DNA of 64,000 nucleotides from Balanoglossus misakiensis (GCA_040954595.2 CM082589.2:393423-457422), one strand, 5' to 3'; shown: positions 41,904 to 57,138, numbered from the stretch's first letter. Notes: a model not told the origin generated them from the letters alone. A program made the numbers and translations.

Positions 41904-43231
41904 AATGAATTGGATCCCATGGTCAAAATAAAATAATATAATTTCAACAAATCACAGCCAACGACACGGTTTCTTGATAGAAAATGGTTGAAGTGGTATA
42001 TATGACGTTAAGAATGACATATCTTCATATTTGACAAATCGCTTTGTATTGTAAACCAAGTGATCCCTGAACTATGCGCACGTGCGCGTTCTAAGCTTAT
42101 GAGAGAGAGAGACAGAGAGAGAGATGGTGCTATCAATATAACTTGACACGAATCTGTACTTGCAAATTAGTAGGCCTGTATCGAAGGAGTTTTTAGACGA
42201 GTTTTTTAAAACAATAATGTGGAGTAGGCGATGGATTAGGCTAATTGCCAAAACAATTGAATCGCATGGGAGGAAGTAATCTTTTTTGATGTTGGATGGT
42301 CATGCTTGTTGCCTACAAATTCTTATGTACACCCTTGGTCGAATGTCTTTGATACAGAGCCGGATTTAAAAGGAAACTGTAGTCGAAGTTAAGACACATT
42401 TCCTGTATTACTGGTCGCCTTTCAAGACATCACTTGTTTTAAACATACACTTATTTAGTACTTTCATCAGAGCTCGTAAACGATCAACATACCTGCAATT
42501 TTGTCATCAGATTTACGAAGAATTACCAGTCTGATTCGTCGTCACGTCATTGACTGACTTCGTTTCGAATTTATATACCAAATGACAGCAACAAGTATGA
42601 TCAATCATCTTAGTTTGACATGCCATATAAACAAAAACACGTGATTGTCGTCGTTGCACACAGTTATGCCATAAAGAAAATTCTTGAAACTGACTTTGTC
42701 GTTAAGAGAAAAGAAAAGAAACGATGGAGTATACTTGAGACAGAAATGCACACGCACTTACAGCAAACTTATTATCTTGCAGAAAAGACAACGTTTTCAG
42801 TAAAATTAGCTTTATTTGCTAAAATCACTTGGATAAGTTGTGCTCGACATAAATTTTAGACGAGCTGTATGAATTATTATAATGTACCATTAAACATGGT
42901 CATGTGATATTCCAGTGGCTATAGAAAACAGGCAGAGGGGATGGCGGCAAATTTAATTACAAGGGGGGGGGGGGGGGGGGTAACATCTTTTGAGTCAAAC
43001 GTGCAATTCATTTGTTTCCATTGTATGTTGTATCGCCGCTTTTCAGGGTTAGACCTAAAGGATCGATATACAGAAAGTTAATTTAAAATGGCCATATTTA
43101 GATCAAACATAATCCACATCATTCTACAGGAAATGACAATTCTCTGCACACTCCCATTCGAACGGAACAGTTTCAACTTTCATGTCACAATCTGTCATCA
43201 ATAAATGGGCAATCAAAGATCCAGTCGCCAT

Positions 43232-43476
43232 TTATATTTTTGTATCTTCCAAATCAACGAAAGAAGTCTGAATTGTAGCGTCTTTCATCTCTACGGAATT
43301 TCCTTCGTATTCTTCATTAACACACGGCGTATCTATGATACGTGTTTCATCTTTCATCTCACAACAACTGCCGTTGATGCACTTTCCAACAGCACAGATG
43401 AAACCGCCGATCAAATGCAAACAGCCAGTGACGTAAAATGAGTAGTCATAGTTACCAGTCACATCAAATGTCCAAC
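43232..43476 (-). pseudogene. Orphan terminal exon of a second SLC16/MCT paralogue
   Basis: After a minus-strand acceptor (..CGATAG) the frame reads GWTFDVTGNYDYSFYVTGCLHLIGGFIC...VEMKDATIQT, against GYIYDVTGNYDNSFYALGCLHLIGGLIC...VVMRDAVIQT in the intact gene. No upstream MCT exons lie before the HADHB stop at 43674. Confidence 0.75.
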
Positions 43477-43673
43477 CTATCGAAGAACGAACATAAAAGT
43501 ACTAAGAACATACATTTTATTTTGAAACATCTGCTTTATTTCCATGTCAGTAGATATTTGCTCAATCAATGGCACCTTTGCCTGTACATTAAAGATCGGG
43601 TTGTCATTGTAATTCACTGCTGCTGTGCATTGAAAGTTGCATTTTGTCTGTTGTTTTCAAGTCTTCATTGCCA

Positions 43674-46600
43674 TTATGATGGGTATCGTTCAATAATGGC
43701 ACCATGTCCCTGCAAAGGAAAGTTGTAGAAGAAACATGACACAATGAGTACACTGATCGAGATTTAAATTGTAACTTTTACCTAACTCAGGGGTACCATG
43801 ATGTAAACATGGCTGAATTTAAGTGTGTAGAGGACTAACACCTGATGTGTGAGTCTAAGGAGTCTACTAAAATGGCTGATAAGTAAGTGAGTGAGTGAGT
43901 TACTTACATGTCCACCAGCAGCACAGGCAGCTACTAGGGCAAATTGTCCATCTTCTTTGTGAAGTCTATTGGCGGCTGTTGTCACAAGCCTAACACCTGT
44001 AGCTCCAAATGGATGTCCAAGAGACAAAGATCCACCCCATGTATTAAATTTCTCCAACGGTGGAGTACCAACCTGGAAGACAATGGTTTTTATAGCTCAT
44101 TTATGGCTCATATTTTGGTGACAGTAGTAGTATCTGTGCTACTTTTAGCTGTGTGAACTGACAATATATTCATACCTCTAAAATGATATTGAAACAGAAG
44201 CCATCTTGAAAACCATGACAACAACAACAATCATTATTAGTTGAAAATAGTTCTCACCTTGGTTTGTCTTCCCATATAGTTCTGTGCAAAGAAATCTGAG
44301 TCCATTGCTTTCAAGTTTGATAAGATCTGTCCAGCAAATGCTTCATGATATTCAAAAACATCAATATCAGACATTTCTAATCCAGCACGTTTCAATACTG
44401 CTGGTGTTGAATAAGTAGGCCTACAATAATAAACAGATGAAAGTACATGTAACTGTCTTGGACATAGATCTTTATGCGATGTCATAAGTCATGAGAGACC
44501 AGAGTGTAATGGTAATGGTACAAGGAAGGTATAAGACATCATGAATGTGCTTACATAGTCTAAAGCATGGTGTGGTAAAAACAAACTGAAAATGTTGCTC
44601 TGTTGGTAAAGTGTCTTAAATGCAGTTGGCAGGAAGTCATTCCTTGTGTTTGAACTTGAGGGTTTGGAAACAAAGTGGCCAGGAATGTCGTGCAACATAC
44701 CCAAGAAGAAGTTGATCTTTAGGATCCTGAGCAACATAGACAAAATCTCTGAGATAAGCGATGGGTTTGTAACCCAACTCTTTGGCTTTTTCTTCCGACA
44801 TAATAAGACAAGCTGATGCACCATCAGTCTATCAAAAGAAATAAAAATGAATGGAGATTAGAGTTAGTCTCTGGTAAAACATTGTTTCTTGTTTTAAATA
44901 TTTGATTGGTTACTACAAAAATGTTGCATTTTTTCTGGGACATTGGAAAGCTAGCTCTCCTCATTGAAAATATAAATATTGATTCATCGAAATCAGTAAG
45001 AATGAGAAACACCTTATTCATGAAGCTTCCTACAGCTGTAGGTTGACTATGGTGTTTGTTACACTTACCAAGAATGAAGCATTGGCAGCTGTGATGGTAC
45101 CATACGGTTTAATGAAAGCTGGTTTCAGTTTTGCCATTTGTTGATGCGATGATACTCTGATACCATTGTCTCTTATCACAGGCTTGTTTTTACCGGGAAC
45201 ATGGTAATCTAACCTATCTGACAGATGGCCTTCTTTGGTGGCTTTGTCTGCCAGAGTGTGTGATCGTAAAGCAAATTCATCCTGTAAGGCAAGTAAAAGA
45301 CTTATTTTCAATTCCTTTTTATAGTCAACAGAAATCATCAATAACATGACATTTCATTGAGATGGTAGATTGTACTGTGGCTACGAAATTCATAGTCTGT
45401 TGCCATGGCAAAATGTTCACATACCTGTTCATTCCTGGAGATGCCAAATGCAGCACAGAGTCTATCAGCAGAATGTCCCATGGTTTCATTGGTAGAAAAT
45501 TCAGCCACAGCTGGCAGTTCTGGTGACAGGGCTTTCATGCTGAGATGTTTACTGGCCAGTGCTAGTTTGGCTCCAGCTGTCTTGGCCTGAAGCAAATCAT
45601 TAAGCACATGGGACAGTTTAGCACCCACTGACTTACACACAAGGGAGATACAACACTTGGGTTTGGTCTTCTAGTAGTGATTCAAAATGCCAGGAAATAC
45701 AGTTCAGCAGAATCCATTATTGGTAACTCAGAACTCGGACCACAGGGATTAATACAATAAGCAACTGATTTTTTTTACCTTGCCAAGTCCTAACATAAAT
45801 TTTCTCATCTGTCTACTGTGTCTAATTGGTACATCTGACATGAATTCAACACCACCTGCTATTGCTACTTCTGCCTGGCCCATTGCAATCATTCCCATAG
45901 CTATAAGAAAAAACAACAACATTTGATCAATATGGTGTCATCCTCTAACAGAGGTGAAACAGAAGTGCAACACTGAAAATGTTACAATTTTATATGGATT
46001 GACATGTATCAGTAATCTACAACAATTGTAACAAAATGTTTACATGTGCAAGCAACACATACATCATTGTGCCTTAAACGTTTTGACTTTTGATTAGTCC
46101 TGCATGTGTCATTCCCAAAGCAGAACTGATCATTCAGCTTTAATGGAGTCCAATACTAACTATTGGTGTCGCTATAATGGTATCAAGAAGTGCTGAATCA
46201 TGCTGTAGAATTTGTATCTCATGCTGTATGGGTCCAAAGTTGCTGTTGATGGGATTAATGGAATCTCACACCCCGAAGGACCTTGAATTTCATTTCACAC
46301 ACAAACAAACAAACAAACAACAACAACAAATTAGATCTCTTTACTAACCTGTTGTAATAGCCTGGTTGGCTGATATGCATGCCATGGTTACCGTATGACA
46401 CGGTGTCTTCTGTTCGAAACCTGCACTCAATGCAGCCTACAAAATAATTAATATCAACAGAAAAATGTAAAGGATTTCTCCATAAATCTTTAAGTGGCTT
46501 TCAAGATTTGCTGAACATTATTAGTGATTGCTTGCAAAAGTCATTGATGTAATGTGGGTGGTCAGATTTCCAACAGAGCTTCGAGATGCTAAGTAGACTT

Positions 46601-48014
46601 ACCTCTCTTGCAATGTTACTTGTTTTGACTTCCTGAATGACTGTGCCAAATACAATGTAATCAACTAGATCTGTATAAGACACAATTACATATTAATTTT
46701 TGAAAAGATACTTTTATAAATAGTTGCTATGTCTGCTTCATGAACCATAACCTTTAAAAGACACTTGAATCACAGGTATATAGAAATAACTTTGCTTCTG
46801 CCGAGCTTTGCACAAATAAAGTAAAATAATAAAGGAAAATGACAATGCATTATATAACATAAGCAACAATATCAAATCAATAGTATTAATTATTACCTTT
46901 TTGTAGTTTAGTTCTATTGGCTAGGCCCCTGAAAATTGAATCACAGACTTACATGTCATGTATCATGTTAAGATACAACTGCAAAACATTATTTCAAGCT
47001 TTTACATATTTGTTTTGTTAAAATGCATTTGGCATGGTTCTCTTGATATCAAATCACTGTTCGAAATGCTAAATGGACAAAAACAATGACAAGTTTATAC
47101 TCACTCAAGGGCTCTTTTTGCCAGGTCATGAGGCATTAAGTTAGCATAGCTGAAAGAAAAAAGAAATTGTCAAAATTTACCAGTACTGACCTTATTTATA
47201 TGGCAACTGGGGTTAACAGCTGAAATTGACAATACACAAAACTTTATGTCATTCAGAAATCAAGGCATCATACCATGGCTCCAAAACAATGTGACTTCAG
47301 TTTACTCACTCAGTGCCTGACATCAAGAATGGTGTTCTGACTCCATCCACAAGAACAATATTTTTGACACCTTTCTTTTCAAGAGTTTTCTTTGATTTCA
47401 CCGCAGCATTGTAACTCGTAGTTGTACTTAATGCCTTGATGCTAGCTGAAAATTCAACCAAATATAAATGTAAGGATTCAGCAATGTAATTCAGTTTTCT
47501 AACAACAGTGACAGTAAAACTTTCCTAACAGAATCCTGTCTATACCAAACACCTTTACTCAATTACTGTTTGCAGGTGACACCAAGCTAGTTCGTGTGTG
47601 TGTGAGTTTGTCAACTCAAGGGGGCGTGGTCCAATTGACAGGGGTCTACTGGGGTACAAATCACAGGCAAAGACTGCTCGCGAATCCCCAATGATGGAAA
47701 CTGAAAACATTTTCTGGTTGCATAACCGGGCGTTCGCCTGGCGACGGATTTGTGGCAACCTGTGCTGGCTGTGGTCTATAAAACACACAGGGCACAGTCC
47801 AAATGCAAACGCCGGTGCCAATCAAGACTACGGGTCTGCATGATGCGATGACTCGATCGCCGCGGATTACTGAAACGCAGATGCACACTTGTTATTCATA
47901 AATAAAGGAAGACACAAAACTACCCCATCCATTCCATGAATACTCACTTATTCTTGCCACATTCGTAAAGTTTGGCAGAGCAGACAGAATCTTACAGCTA
48001 TTCAACAGCGCCAT
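43674..48014 (-). CDS. HADHB: Mitochondrial trifunctional enzyme subunit beta (3-ketoacyl-CoA thiolase), multi-exon
   Basis: [16 protein letters not shown]... presequence. Motifs [38 protein letters not shown] (catalytic Cys), [91 protein letters not shown]. Confidence 0.97.
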
Positions 48015-48280
48015 GTTGAATTGTGACCGAAATGCAATGCGATAATCGAAACGAGATTTCGTGGGGGGAAATATAAACTGTAAAATAATGCGGGGAGAAA
48101 CTTGCTCTGATGCAACGCATCCCTAAGTTTTATTAATTTTGAATTTTTGCATAGAAATTTCGGAAAATCCATGCAATATATAACCAGTTATTCGATGTTT
48201 ACTACTTGCGAGATTTCACGCGATCTTACATAATACGGACACCATTGTGGAAACGTGCACGTACGTAGCAGCCGGTCAAC
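48015..48280. promoter_or_regulatory. Bidirectional promoter HADHB (-)/HADHA (+), 266 bp between start codons
   Basis: Divergent ATGs at 48014 and 48281, both in a YY1-like CAACATGGCG context. The interval is CpG-rich. Confidence 0.8.
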
Positions 48281-51200
48281 ATGGCGTCTGTAAGGTGCAT
48301 TCAAGCTGTAAAAGCTCTTTCTCGGCAAAGAACAAAACTTTTAACAGGTAAGTTCAACGATTTATATCCTACGACGTGGAAAGTACGCAAGACGAAGCCT
48401 TTGCAGTGTTTTCAAACATTCACGCGTCGTCATGGCAATTGAATTTAACTGTATGACAAATGAATATAACGGCATTCACTCATTAACTGCACCTAAACCG
48501 TGATTGAGTGAATGCCTACATGTAGTTGTCCCCGTGTCAACCCTGTGGCCAACCGTTCTTTGACAATTTAGTGTTGGACTTAAAACACGGATACAATTAA
48601 ATGATCCCTTATCTTTTAGCTATTCATATGATCTGAACTTTGTACTGCTCCGTGGTTCACATGGGCGGTCCGAGACTAACATGGGGCCGATGCATTATTT
48701 GGTACCTCGAATGTGTACGCAATGTGTACCATTTTACATTGTACGAAGTGGGCGGAAGCATTTCAGATAACTATTGGTGTTTTGTTTTGAAACCCGGTGA
48801 AGCAAAGATAGTGCTGACCTTGTAATTGGAGGCCACCCTATGATTCGCTGGACGTTTGATTTAGCATTGTCGTGTTTACAGCAAGTTTGACTGTACCATT
48901 AGACTGGTCAGTTTAGAGTTACCAGTTATTAATTAAACTTGTCTTTTTATGTAGCTATATCTCAGCCAAGATTTCATCGTTACTTGTCTGCATCTGCTGC
49001 AATGAATGGTGAGTATGAATGTATTCCACATATTCATAAATGGTTGGTGTGAGGTTGTGTGTATACAGGCAAGTTAAAAATCAAAATTCAGGGATACTAC
49101 TTTACTAATACTAGGACCATACAGTTGTGCTTTCTCCTAGGAGCACACCAGTTAAACATTACTCCCATAATTCCTTTTACATGTATATAGTGGAATTTGA
49201 TGTTTAAGTTACATAATAAACCTGACAGCATTAGCTTAAATTACAGACATACCCTTTGGTTATGAAGCTGAATGGACATAGTAATGTTTATTGATGACTG
49301 GCTTACTCAGCGTTTCATGTTAAATATTATAATTGTCATCTGATATGCAGCTATGTGAAGTTTGCATTTACCCAATTGGCAGGTCTACTCACTTAACTTG
49401 AGTCCTACTGGATTCTTATTCTCTTTCACCTGTAGCCAAACATCTGCAATATGAAGTTAAAGGAGACGTAGCTGTCATCAGATTTGACATGCCAAATTCA
49501 AAGGTGAGGTACATCTATTTTCCTATCCTTCTGTTACATACAGAGAATTTTTCAATTGTGACTGAAACCATGTATTGTTGAGGTTGTCTGTTGTACATTG
49601 TAAAATGTAAATACAAATCATTGGTCTCAGCTCTCAGAGTTTACCTTTCACTGACTATATATAACCAAATATTTAAACCAAGGGGCACACTTTGCTTATA
49701 AGAATGTTTCATTTGAACACACAACTGCATGTCATACAATCAACTGGTGTTTGACACAATTGTCAAACTAAAATGAATATTCCTGCTGTATGACAAAAAC
49801 ATTGTGAGTGTTATATAAGTTATAGCATTGTTGATTATTAGGTAAATACTTTGACCCGAGAAGTGATGAGTGACTTTCAAGAAGTGATGGCCAAGCTCTC
49901 TGATGACCCATTGGTTAAAGGAGCTGTCTTAATATCAGGAAAACCTTCCTGTTTTATTGCAGGAGCTGACATACAGTAAGTTTAATTCACCTAGTTCTAA
50001 CTTTTGGTTGTTTTACACATTTTTTTTTGGTTTTCTTTATAACCAAGATTTTCTTGTGTATGTATTTGACATTTGCTTTGCCAGTTACTCTTTGTGAATG
50101 TGCCATGCAAATTAGTTCTGTACTACATTTATGCTGGCTGCTTTATAGTGAAATGTGCCTGTACTGATTCTGTCAACAAATGATTGTATTTTTTAAAAAC
50201 AAAAGCTGGTCATTCTCTTTTATAGATGCTTTTCTTAAGAACGGATCAGTTTTTCCATTGTATTTTTGTTGAAAGGATTATTGGAAAATTGTGACTTGAA
50301 AAATGCACTGGCATAGTGTACAAGTACAACTGGCTGACTAAGTCTATTCTTTTGATGAATAAAGACTTCTGAATCTTTGTTTGCACTTTTCAATGTTTAC
50401 ATTATTTTCACAGAATGATAGCATCATGTAAAAGTGCAGAAGAGGTAGGATAACCATTATATTTTTCTGACTTTTTTACTTAAAATTTTACTTACTACCA
50501 TAAATAAATTCATATGGTCAAGTTAGGTATTATTTTGATAACCCCCTTTATAGTGGTAAAACTTCTGACAGGTGCACTGATACTGGTTTTGGTTTATATT
50601 GTTTGTTGTTGATTCAGATAAGCCTGCTGTATATGTTGTACTACTATGATGGTTCAGTTTGGGAAATACTCATGATGATAATTCTGTACTGTAATATAAT
50701 GCTGTATTGCACTGTATTGCATAAATTTGTATCACCTTACCATAGGTAACAGAGTTATCAATGAATGGACACAAAATCATGGATGCCTTGGAAAACAGTC
50801 CTAAGCCTATTGTAGCAGCTATTATGGGAAGTTGTCTGGGAGGTGGCTTGGAAGTAAGTACTGACTAAACTATTTTCTTCAATTTAGTTTTAGCGAGTTA
50901 TGTTCTCACAATGTTCAATGCCAGAGAAGTGTCATTTGTGTAAGGATTCAATAACATACTCTCGAAACCGTTTTTTTTTTAGAACAAAGAACATTACTTT
51001 GATTACAGTTGCTTAAATTTTTCTGTAATCTGTCTGTGTCTAGACTGCCATTGCATGTCACTACAGGATAGCCATGAATGATAAAAAGACATCTCTTAGT
51101 ACACCAGAAGTGATGTTAGGATTACTACCAGGTGGAGGTGGAACACAACGTTTGCCAAAAATGGTAAGTAGAAGGGAGACTTATTGGTACTTTCCCACTT

Positions 51201-54200
51201 TTTATTTGCTGAAGATTGTACTTACCATGGAAAGAATAAGATTGGGATTCACAAGGAATTACACATTGGAGAGCTGTTTTCCGATAGCCCTACTGTCTGT
51301 ATGTATAATGTAAGAGGAAACTAATGGAGTGTTGTACATTTGTCAGGTCGGTTTGCCAGCCTCACTTGACATGACCTTGACTGGTAGGAACATTCCAGCT
51401 AAGAAGGCCAAGCGAATGGGATTGGTTGATATGACAGTTGAACCTCTTGGTGAGTAGATTAAATATAGTTCTAAGAGATCAGGTAGTCCTATGTGGTGCT
51501 GGAGATACATGATTTGACATGCAGATGCTCCCTTGCAAAACCTGTGTTTGTACCCAATGATACAACAACTGCATCAACCCATAACATTCACATACATTGG
51601 ATATTTCAGGACCTGGTATTGAACATAGCGATGTCAGGTCATTGCAGTACTTGGAAGAAATAGCCATAGATACTGCAAGGTAAGGTGCAGAACATTAATT
51701 GGCAGTTCTTGTTTCCCTCTAAATGAATCTTTTGAATCAGGGATATGGGATAGCGCCCCCTGTGTTCAAAATTTCCAGGACTGGTATTTTCTTCTGAATA
51801 TGCAAATCTGAAACACTTTTTATTTGTTACCATTTTACACAAGGGAAAGAAACGTTTTACCATTTCTGTTGTAACAGGGGCTTAGCTGATGGTAAAATCA
51901 AGAGAGGCAAGCCAAAGACACTCATGCAAAGTAAGTTTCTATAGTTATTATCAGGCTAGACATGATGTGCAATACATGTATTGAAATGGTCATTATCGTT
52001 GAATTATGTTATTGTAATAAATGTTGTATTCGTTAATTTTCTTTACAACAGAGATGACTGACTATGTAATGAGTACAAGTTTTGTCAAAGATCAAATCTA
52101 CAAGAGAGCTAGAGGAACAGTAATGAAACAAACCAAGGGCAACTATCCAGCACCACTTAAGATCATAGATGTAAGTACAACACATTGGTGTGTTGTTGTC
52201 TCATTGTTTATAAAAGGACAAAAAGAATGAGTCATGGCATGGGCTGCAATGATAGTTGAATTAATCTAATTGCATTGAATCTCTATTGCAGGCAATAAAG
52301 GCTGGTGTTGATAAAGGACCTGTGGCTGGATACTTGGAGGAAGCTACAGGGTTTGGACAGTTAGCAATGACTTCAGAATCTGCTGCCTTGATTGGTTTGT
52401 TCAATGGCCAGGTAAAGTCAGAGCCTAGTGAGAATGTTTGCTCCTTGATTGAAATTCACAAAACTCTTGAATAGCCCATCCAATTTAAACGAGTAAACAC
52501 ACTAGTACAGTAATTGGTACTAACTATTTTTGTTTTATTTCAGACTGAATGCAAAAAGAACAAATTTGGCAAACCGTCAAAACAAGCTAACAATATTGCT
52601 GTGTTAGGTGCTGGTCTAATGGGAGCTGGTGTCGCACAAGTTAGCGTGGATAAGGGTATGAATGTTATCCTCAAAGATATGTCATTGGAGGGACTTAGCA
52701 GAGGAAACAACCAAATATTCAAAGGGTAAGTGACATAGAAAAACAATTGGATCTTTTTTAAATTGAATGATGCATACATTACTTTGATGTTTTATGTCAA
52801 AGGTATTTTTTTTTAATTGCTCAGTGTTCAGAGGTTTTAACGCATTACTAACTTTATGTAAAAGTTGACCCTTTTCTGTAATATCAAATTACACAGCTTA
52901 CCTGTTATTTTTGTAATTCACAGTTTCAACAACAAAGTCAAGAGAAAGAGACTGTCAAGGTAAGAAACTCACATGAAGCTGATTACTAAAATTATGCCAA
53001 AGTTGTTAATATCTAAAAAAACCTCCCATTATTTATAACTTATGTTATCCTACTGTTCCAAAGAGATATGCCATGGTTCTAACTTATTTACAACATTTAT
53101 ACTCGGTACAAAAACAACTGCAATTGTAGTTCTGCTCATTAAAGCATGTTTTAATCTGAATCATTCAGCTTGTCAACAAAAACTAAAATGTGTGCTTTTA
53201 TTTTGACAGTTTTGAGCGTGATCAGATCATGTCTAACTTGACCTGTCAGCTTGACTATGCAAATTTTGACAAAACTGATATGGTTATTGAAGCCGTCTTT
53301 GAAGATATCAATATTAAACACAAAGTTCTACAAGAAGTTGAAGCTGTAAGTATATTGTACCTTGTTGGAATAATTATGTTTGTACCAGTCTAATGAAAAG
53401 TAATAAAATATTTGTAGCTCATTTGTTATTTTTGTCACTCTTGCCTTTAAATATACAACCTCCATGATGTACCTCAATAGATACCATTATACTCTTCCTC
53501 GGAGGCTTGGAGTTGTGTAATTTTGAAATTTACACAGTGTTATGTTTTGTCTGTTTAAGGTTATTCCAGATCATTGTATTTTTGCATCCAACACATCAGC
53601 CTTGCCTATTTCTGAAATAGCTGCTGTGAGCAAAAGGCCAGAAAAGGTAAGAAATGTATTTGATTGTAATTAGTATGAAGTCTTGCATTATTGTGTATGT
53701 ATGTAAGTAAAGTGTTATGGTGCAAATGTCAAAAGTACTTGTACATAGTTTAGCTGCATTGGTTGGTTCTCCAATTTTATTTTATGATCCAAAATAGCTT
53801 TAGAATTTCTCATAGCAAATGATGATCAAAATGTTAGACTTTTCCATCTCTAGTTGCAAACTTTTTAACTCCAATAATATTTGACTTTGTTAGTTGAATT
53901 TCTTCTTGACCAGGTTGTTGGAATGCACTACTTCTCACCAGTAGACAAAATGCAACTCTTAGAGATCATTGCCACGGACAAAACCTCCAAAGAAACATCA
54001 GCATCAGCTGTTGATGTTGGTCTGAGGCAAGGCAAGATTGTCATTGTTGTCAAAGATGGACCAGGATTCTATACAACTAGAATTCTTATTCCAACAATGG
54101 CGGAGGTGGTCAGAATTCTACAGGTGAGAAGCAATTTGATGTGTAGTAGAAAAGAAACTTTGAGACATAGGATGTGAGAGGCTGAATTTGAATATGCCTC

Positions 54201-55602
54201 TTCAAGTTCAAACAAGAATCTTAACAGAATCCTGTCATTGGCATCAAATAAAGCATCAGATAACAAATGTCACCTGGTTCTCACAATTTCTTTTTGCCGT
54301 ATTGTTTCTGTTTCGTGTAACAGGAGGGTGTGAGTCCAAAGAAGGTTGACAGAGTGACCACAAATTATGGATTTCCAGTGGGCAGTGCCACATTGCTTGA
54401 TGAAGTTGGTATTGACGTGGGATATCATATCGCAGAAAATTTGCGTAAAGTCTTTGGTGATAGAGTGGGTGGCCCTGATCCAGGAGTTCTAAGGGATATG
54501 GTTGAAGCTGGATATCTTGGTATGCATATCCCTCGAGTTGTTGTATTTTAGACATTCTCTTGTGGTCTACAAATGGAAGTGCATATTATTTTGATGGGTG
54601 TGGCTTATATTAATTTTAATCATTAATTCCATGTAAAATACCTCTCAAGTATGCTTTGGTATCATACAGGAGGAGGTCATAGCTAATATTTCGACATGAC
54701 CCATTTATTTAGCGTAGTTGTAGACAAGAGGGCTTAAAGCAAAAGTTGAATATAATTTTTGAAACTTTAAACCTTTGTAAATGTTTCAAATGTATAGTTG
54801 ACTGATATTCTAACTATGTAGAATCTCATGTTGACTCTTTTCAGGTCGTAAATCTGGAAAAGGCTGCTTTGTATATGAAGAAGGGACGAAAGACCGGCCT
54901 GTAAATGATGGAGCTGAGGCCATCTTCAAGAAGTATTATAGTGCACCAAAGGCCAACAACACAGATGAAGATTTGGCATTTAGATTGCTTTCAAGATTCA
55001 TCAATGAAGCTGTATTATGTCTTCAAGAAGGTGTCATCAGTGGACCTGTAAGTAAATGCCAAGTTTTCAATTTCTCTCACCTTTAACCCATTAACTGTGT
55101 GAAAAATTGCACCATGTTGAGCAGTGTTGTGTCTGAATAATCTGTAATGTCTCTTACATGCTTCCCTTATTTTCTGATTGACAGGTTGAGGGAGACATTG
55201 GTGCTGTGTTTGGTCTTGGATTCCCACCTTTCCATGGAGGTGAGTATGTAGATACAGTCGCACTTGAACTACCCATTGCCATAGGGGGAAATGTCTGAAT
55301 ATGTCCACAAGACAGCCTTAGAGAACCAATAGTATTTATCTTATAGGAAACTATTTAGAAGAAGTTTTTATATTGCAACACACATGTATGGCTAGTGTTA
55401 TTTCAGAGTAGTTGTATATTCTATTGTATGTTGTTTTTATCTTTAAACAGGACCTTTCCGTTTCTTGGACATGTATGGTGCTGCAAGATTAGTGAAAAAG
55501 ATGGAGCAATTCCGTGAACTTTATGGTGATCAGTTTGTTCCATGCCAATTACTCTTAGACCATGCTAAAGACAACACAAAGCGTTTCCACACCAAGAAAT
55601 AA
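48281..55602 (+). CDS. HADHA: Mitochondrial trifunctional enzyme subunit alpha (enoyl-CoA hydratase / 3-hydroxyacyl-CoA dehydrogenase), multi-exon
   Basis: [16 protein letters not shown]... presequence. Motifs [159 protein letters not shown], ...KRFHTKK*. Confidence 0.97.
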
Positions 55603-57138
55603 AGTGATGGTAATTTCAAGTTTATGCAACAGCAGGTCTTGGTATTTTGTTGTATGGACTCGCAATAAATTGCTTCCAATCTCAAAACATAAGTTTGTGT
55701 TAGTACAGAGTGCTGCTTAGTACTTGAAATGTGTTTTTTTTTACTTTCAGTGAAATGTTAAATTTTAAACAGTACATACCTCCAGAATACCAGGTTGATG
55801 AGTGATACACATGACCTATTAAACGATATCTGCCAGTTTTATGACTTTATCCTAACAAAGGAAGGATGAGTTGTTATAATGTTAAGTGAGAAAAAACTTT
55901 CTAACAAAGAATTGTCTATCATACTCGAACAGGAAGCCCCTACATGCACAGTATATACAAGTTGGAAAGCCTAAAAATTAGGGAGACACACTCAGTATGT
56001 GAAATATCCCACCATATTCATGTATTCTGTTATGCAACAATAGTTTCATCATTGTCAACAATTACACATTGAAGGCAATTGTATTGTTCAATTGTTCACA
56101 GACAGGATCAATGTACATGTAACTGTGAGGAGGATCCTCAATCTAACAATGCAATTTCTAAGTTTATATAACTTTTGTTTTATCGCCGTATTTTATGGCA
56201 GATATGTAGTTACTGTACATAATTTTGATTTTGGTCAAATGTTTAGTTGAGTTTCTGATATGTGAGTTATGTGTGGTTAAGCTTCACTTGTTTTAGGTGT
56301 AGCTTTCCATACAATGAAATTGAACAGAATGTAATTTCTGTAGTGGTTGTCATCAAATAAAAAGAGATAAAAGATCAGTGAGTGATGGCATTCAGTTTGT
56401 CGATGTATCATGTGATCACTGTATGAGTCATGATTGTGCCAAAGGTTCACAACTGTACATCCAAGCTGAATGACAGTGCCATGTCTGTCTGTCTGTCTGT
56501 CCGTCCGGTGACCATTTATCATGGTAAGCTAACTTCGCCATTACTACAGTGGCAAATTAATTAAAACACATAAAAATAAAAAAAATAATTCCAGTCCACA
56601 TAAAATTATTTCTAAAATATTAAAAAAACAATTTTGACCAGAACAGGCCCAACGTGCGTATACTGCCAGACACATTCCCACATGATGACAAACAGCCTTA
56701 TTTGGAAGGCATATGCATGGGTGACTGTTCTGGAATTGTTAATGTCGCCACCAAGTGTTGGAAATTTTCGTGACGTCATCCAACTTTTTGAACTTAAATG
56801 GCCGCTGCACGCGAGTGCAATTTATAGCCGAGTAAAAGGTCACTCGAAGCAGAAATATTTCCTTATTTGTGGACGACTTTTGTTTCTATTTTGTTAACTT
56901 TGTTATATGTAACTTGTTTGTTTTTCCTGGTGAAGCAAATTACTCACACGAGAGAAAATAGCTGAGCAACGCCTGTTCACAAAATTTAAATATATATTGA
57001 AAACGCGCCGTACATTGCCAGACAGATTCGCACGTGCTAGGTAAAGAGATTGAGGTCTGTTCTAGTCTCGGTTACCCAGACGCCTTTGCTCTTCCGATGC
57101 TCTCCAGAAAAGGGTCTGGGGAAATGCTATTGAAAGCT

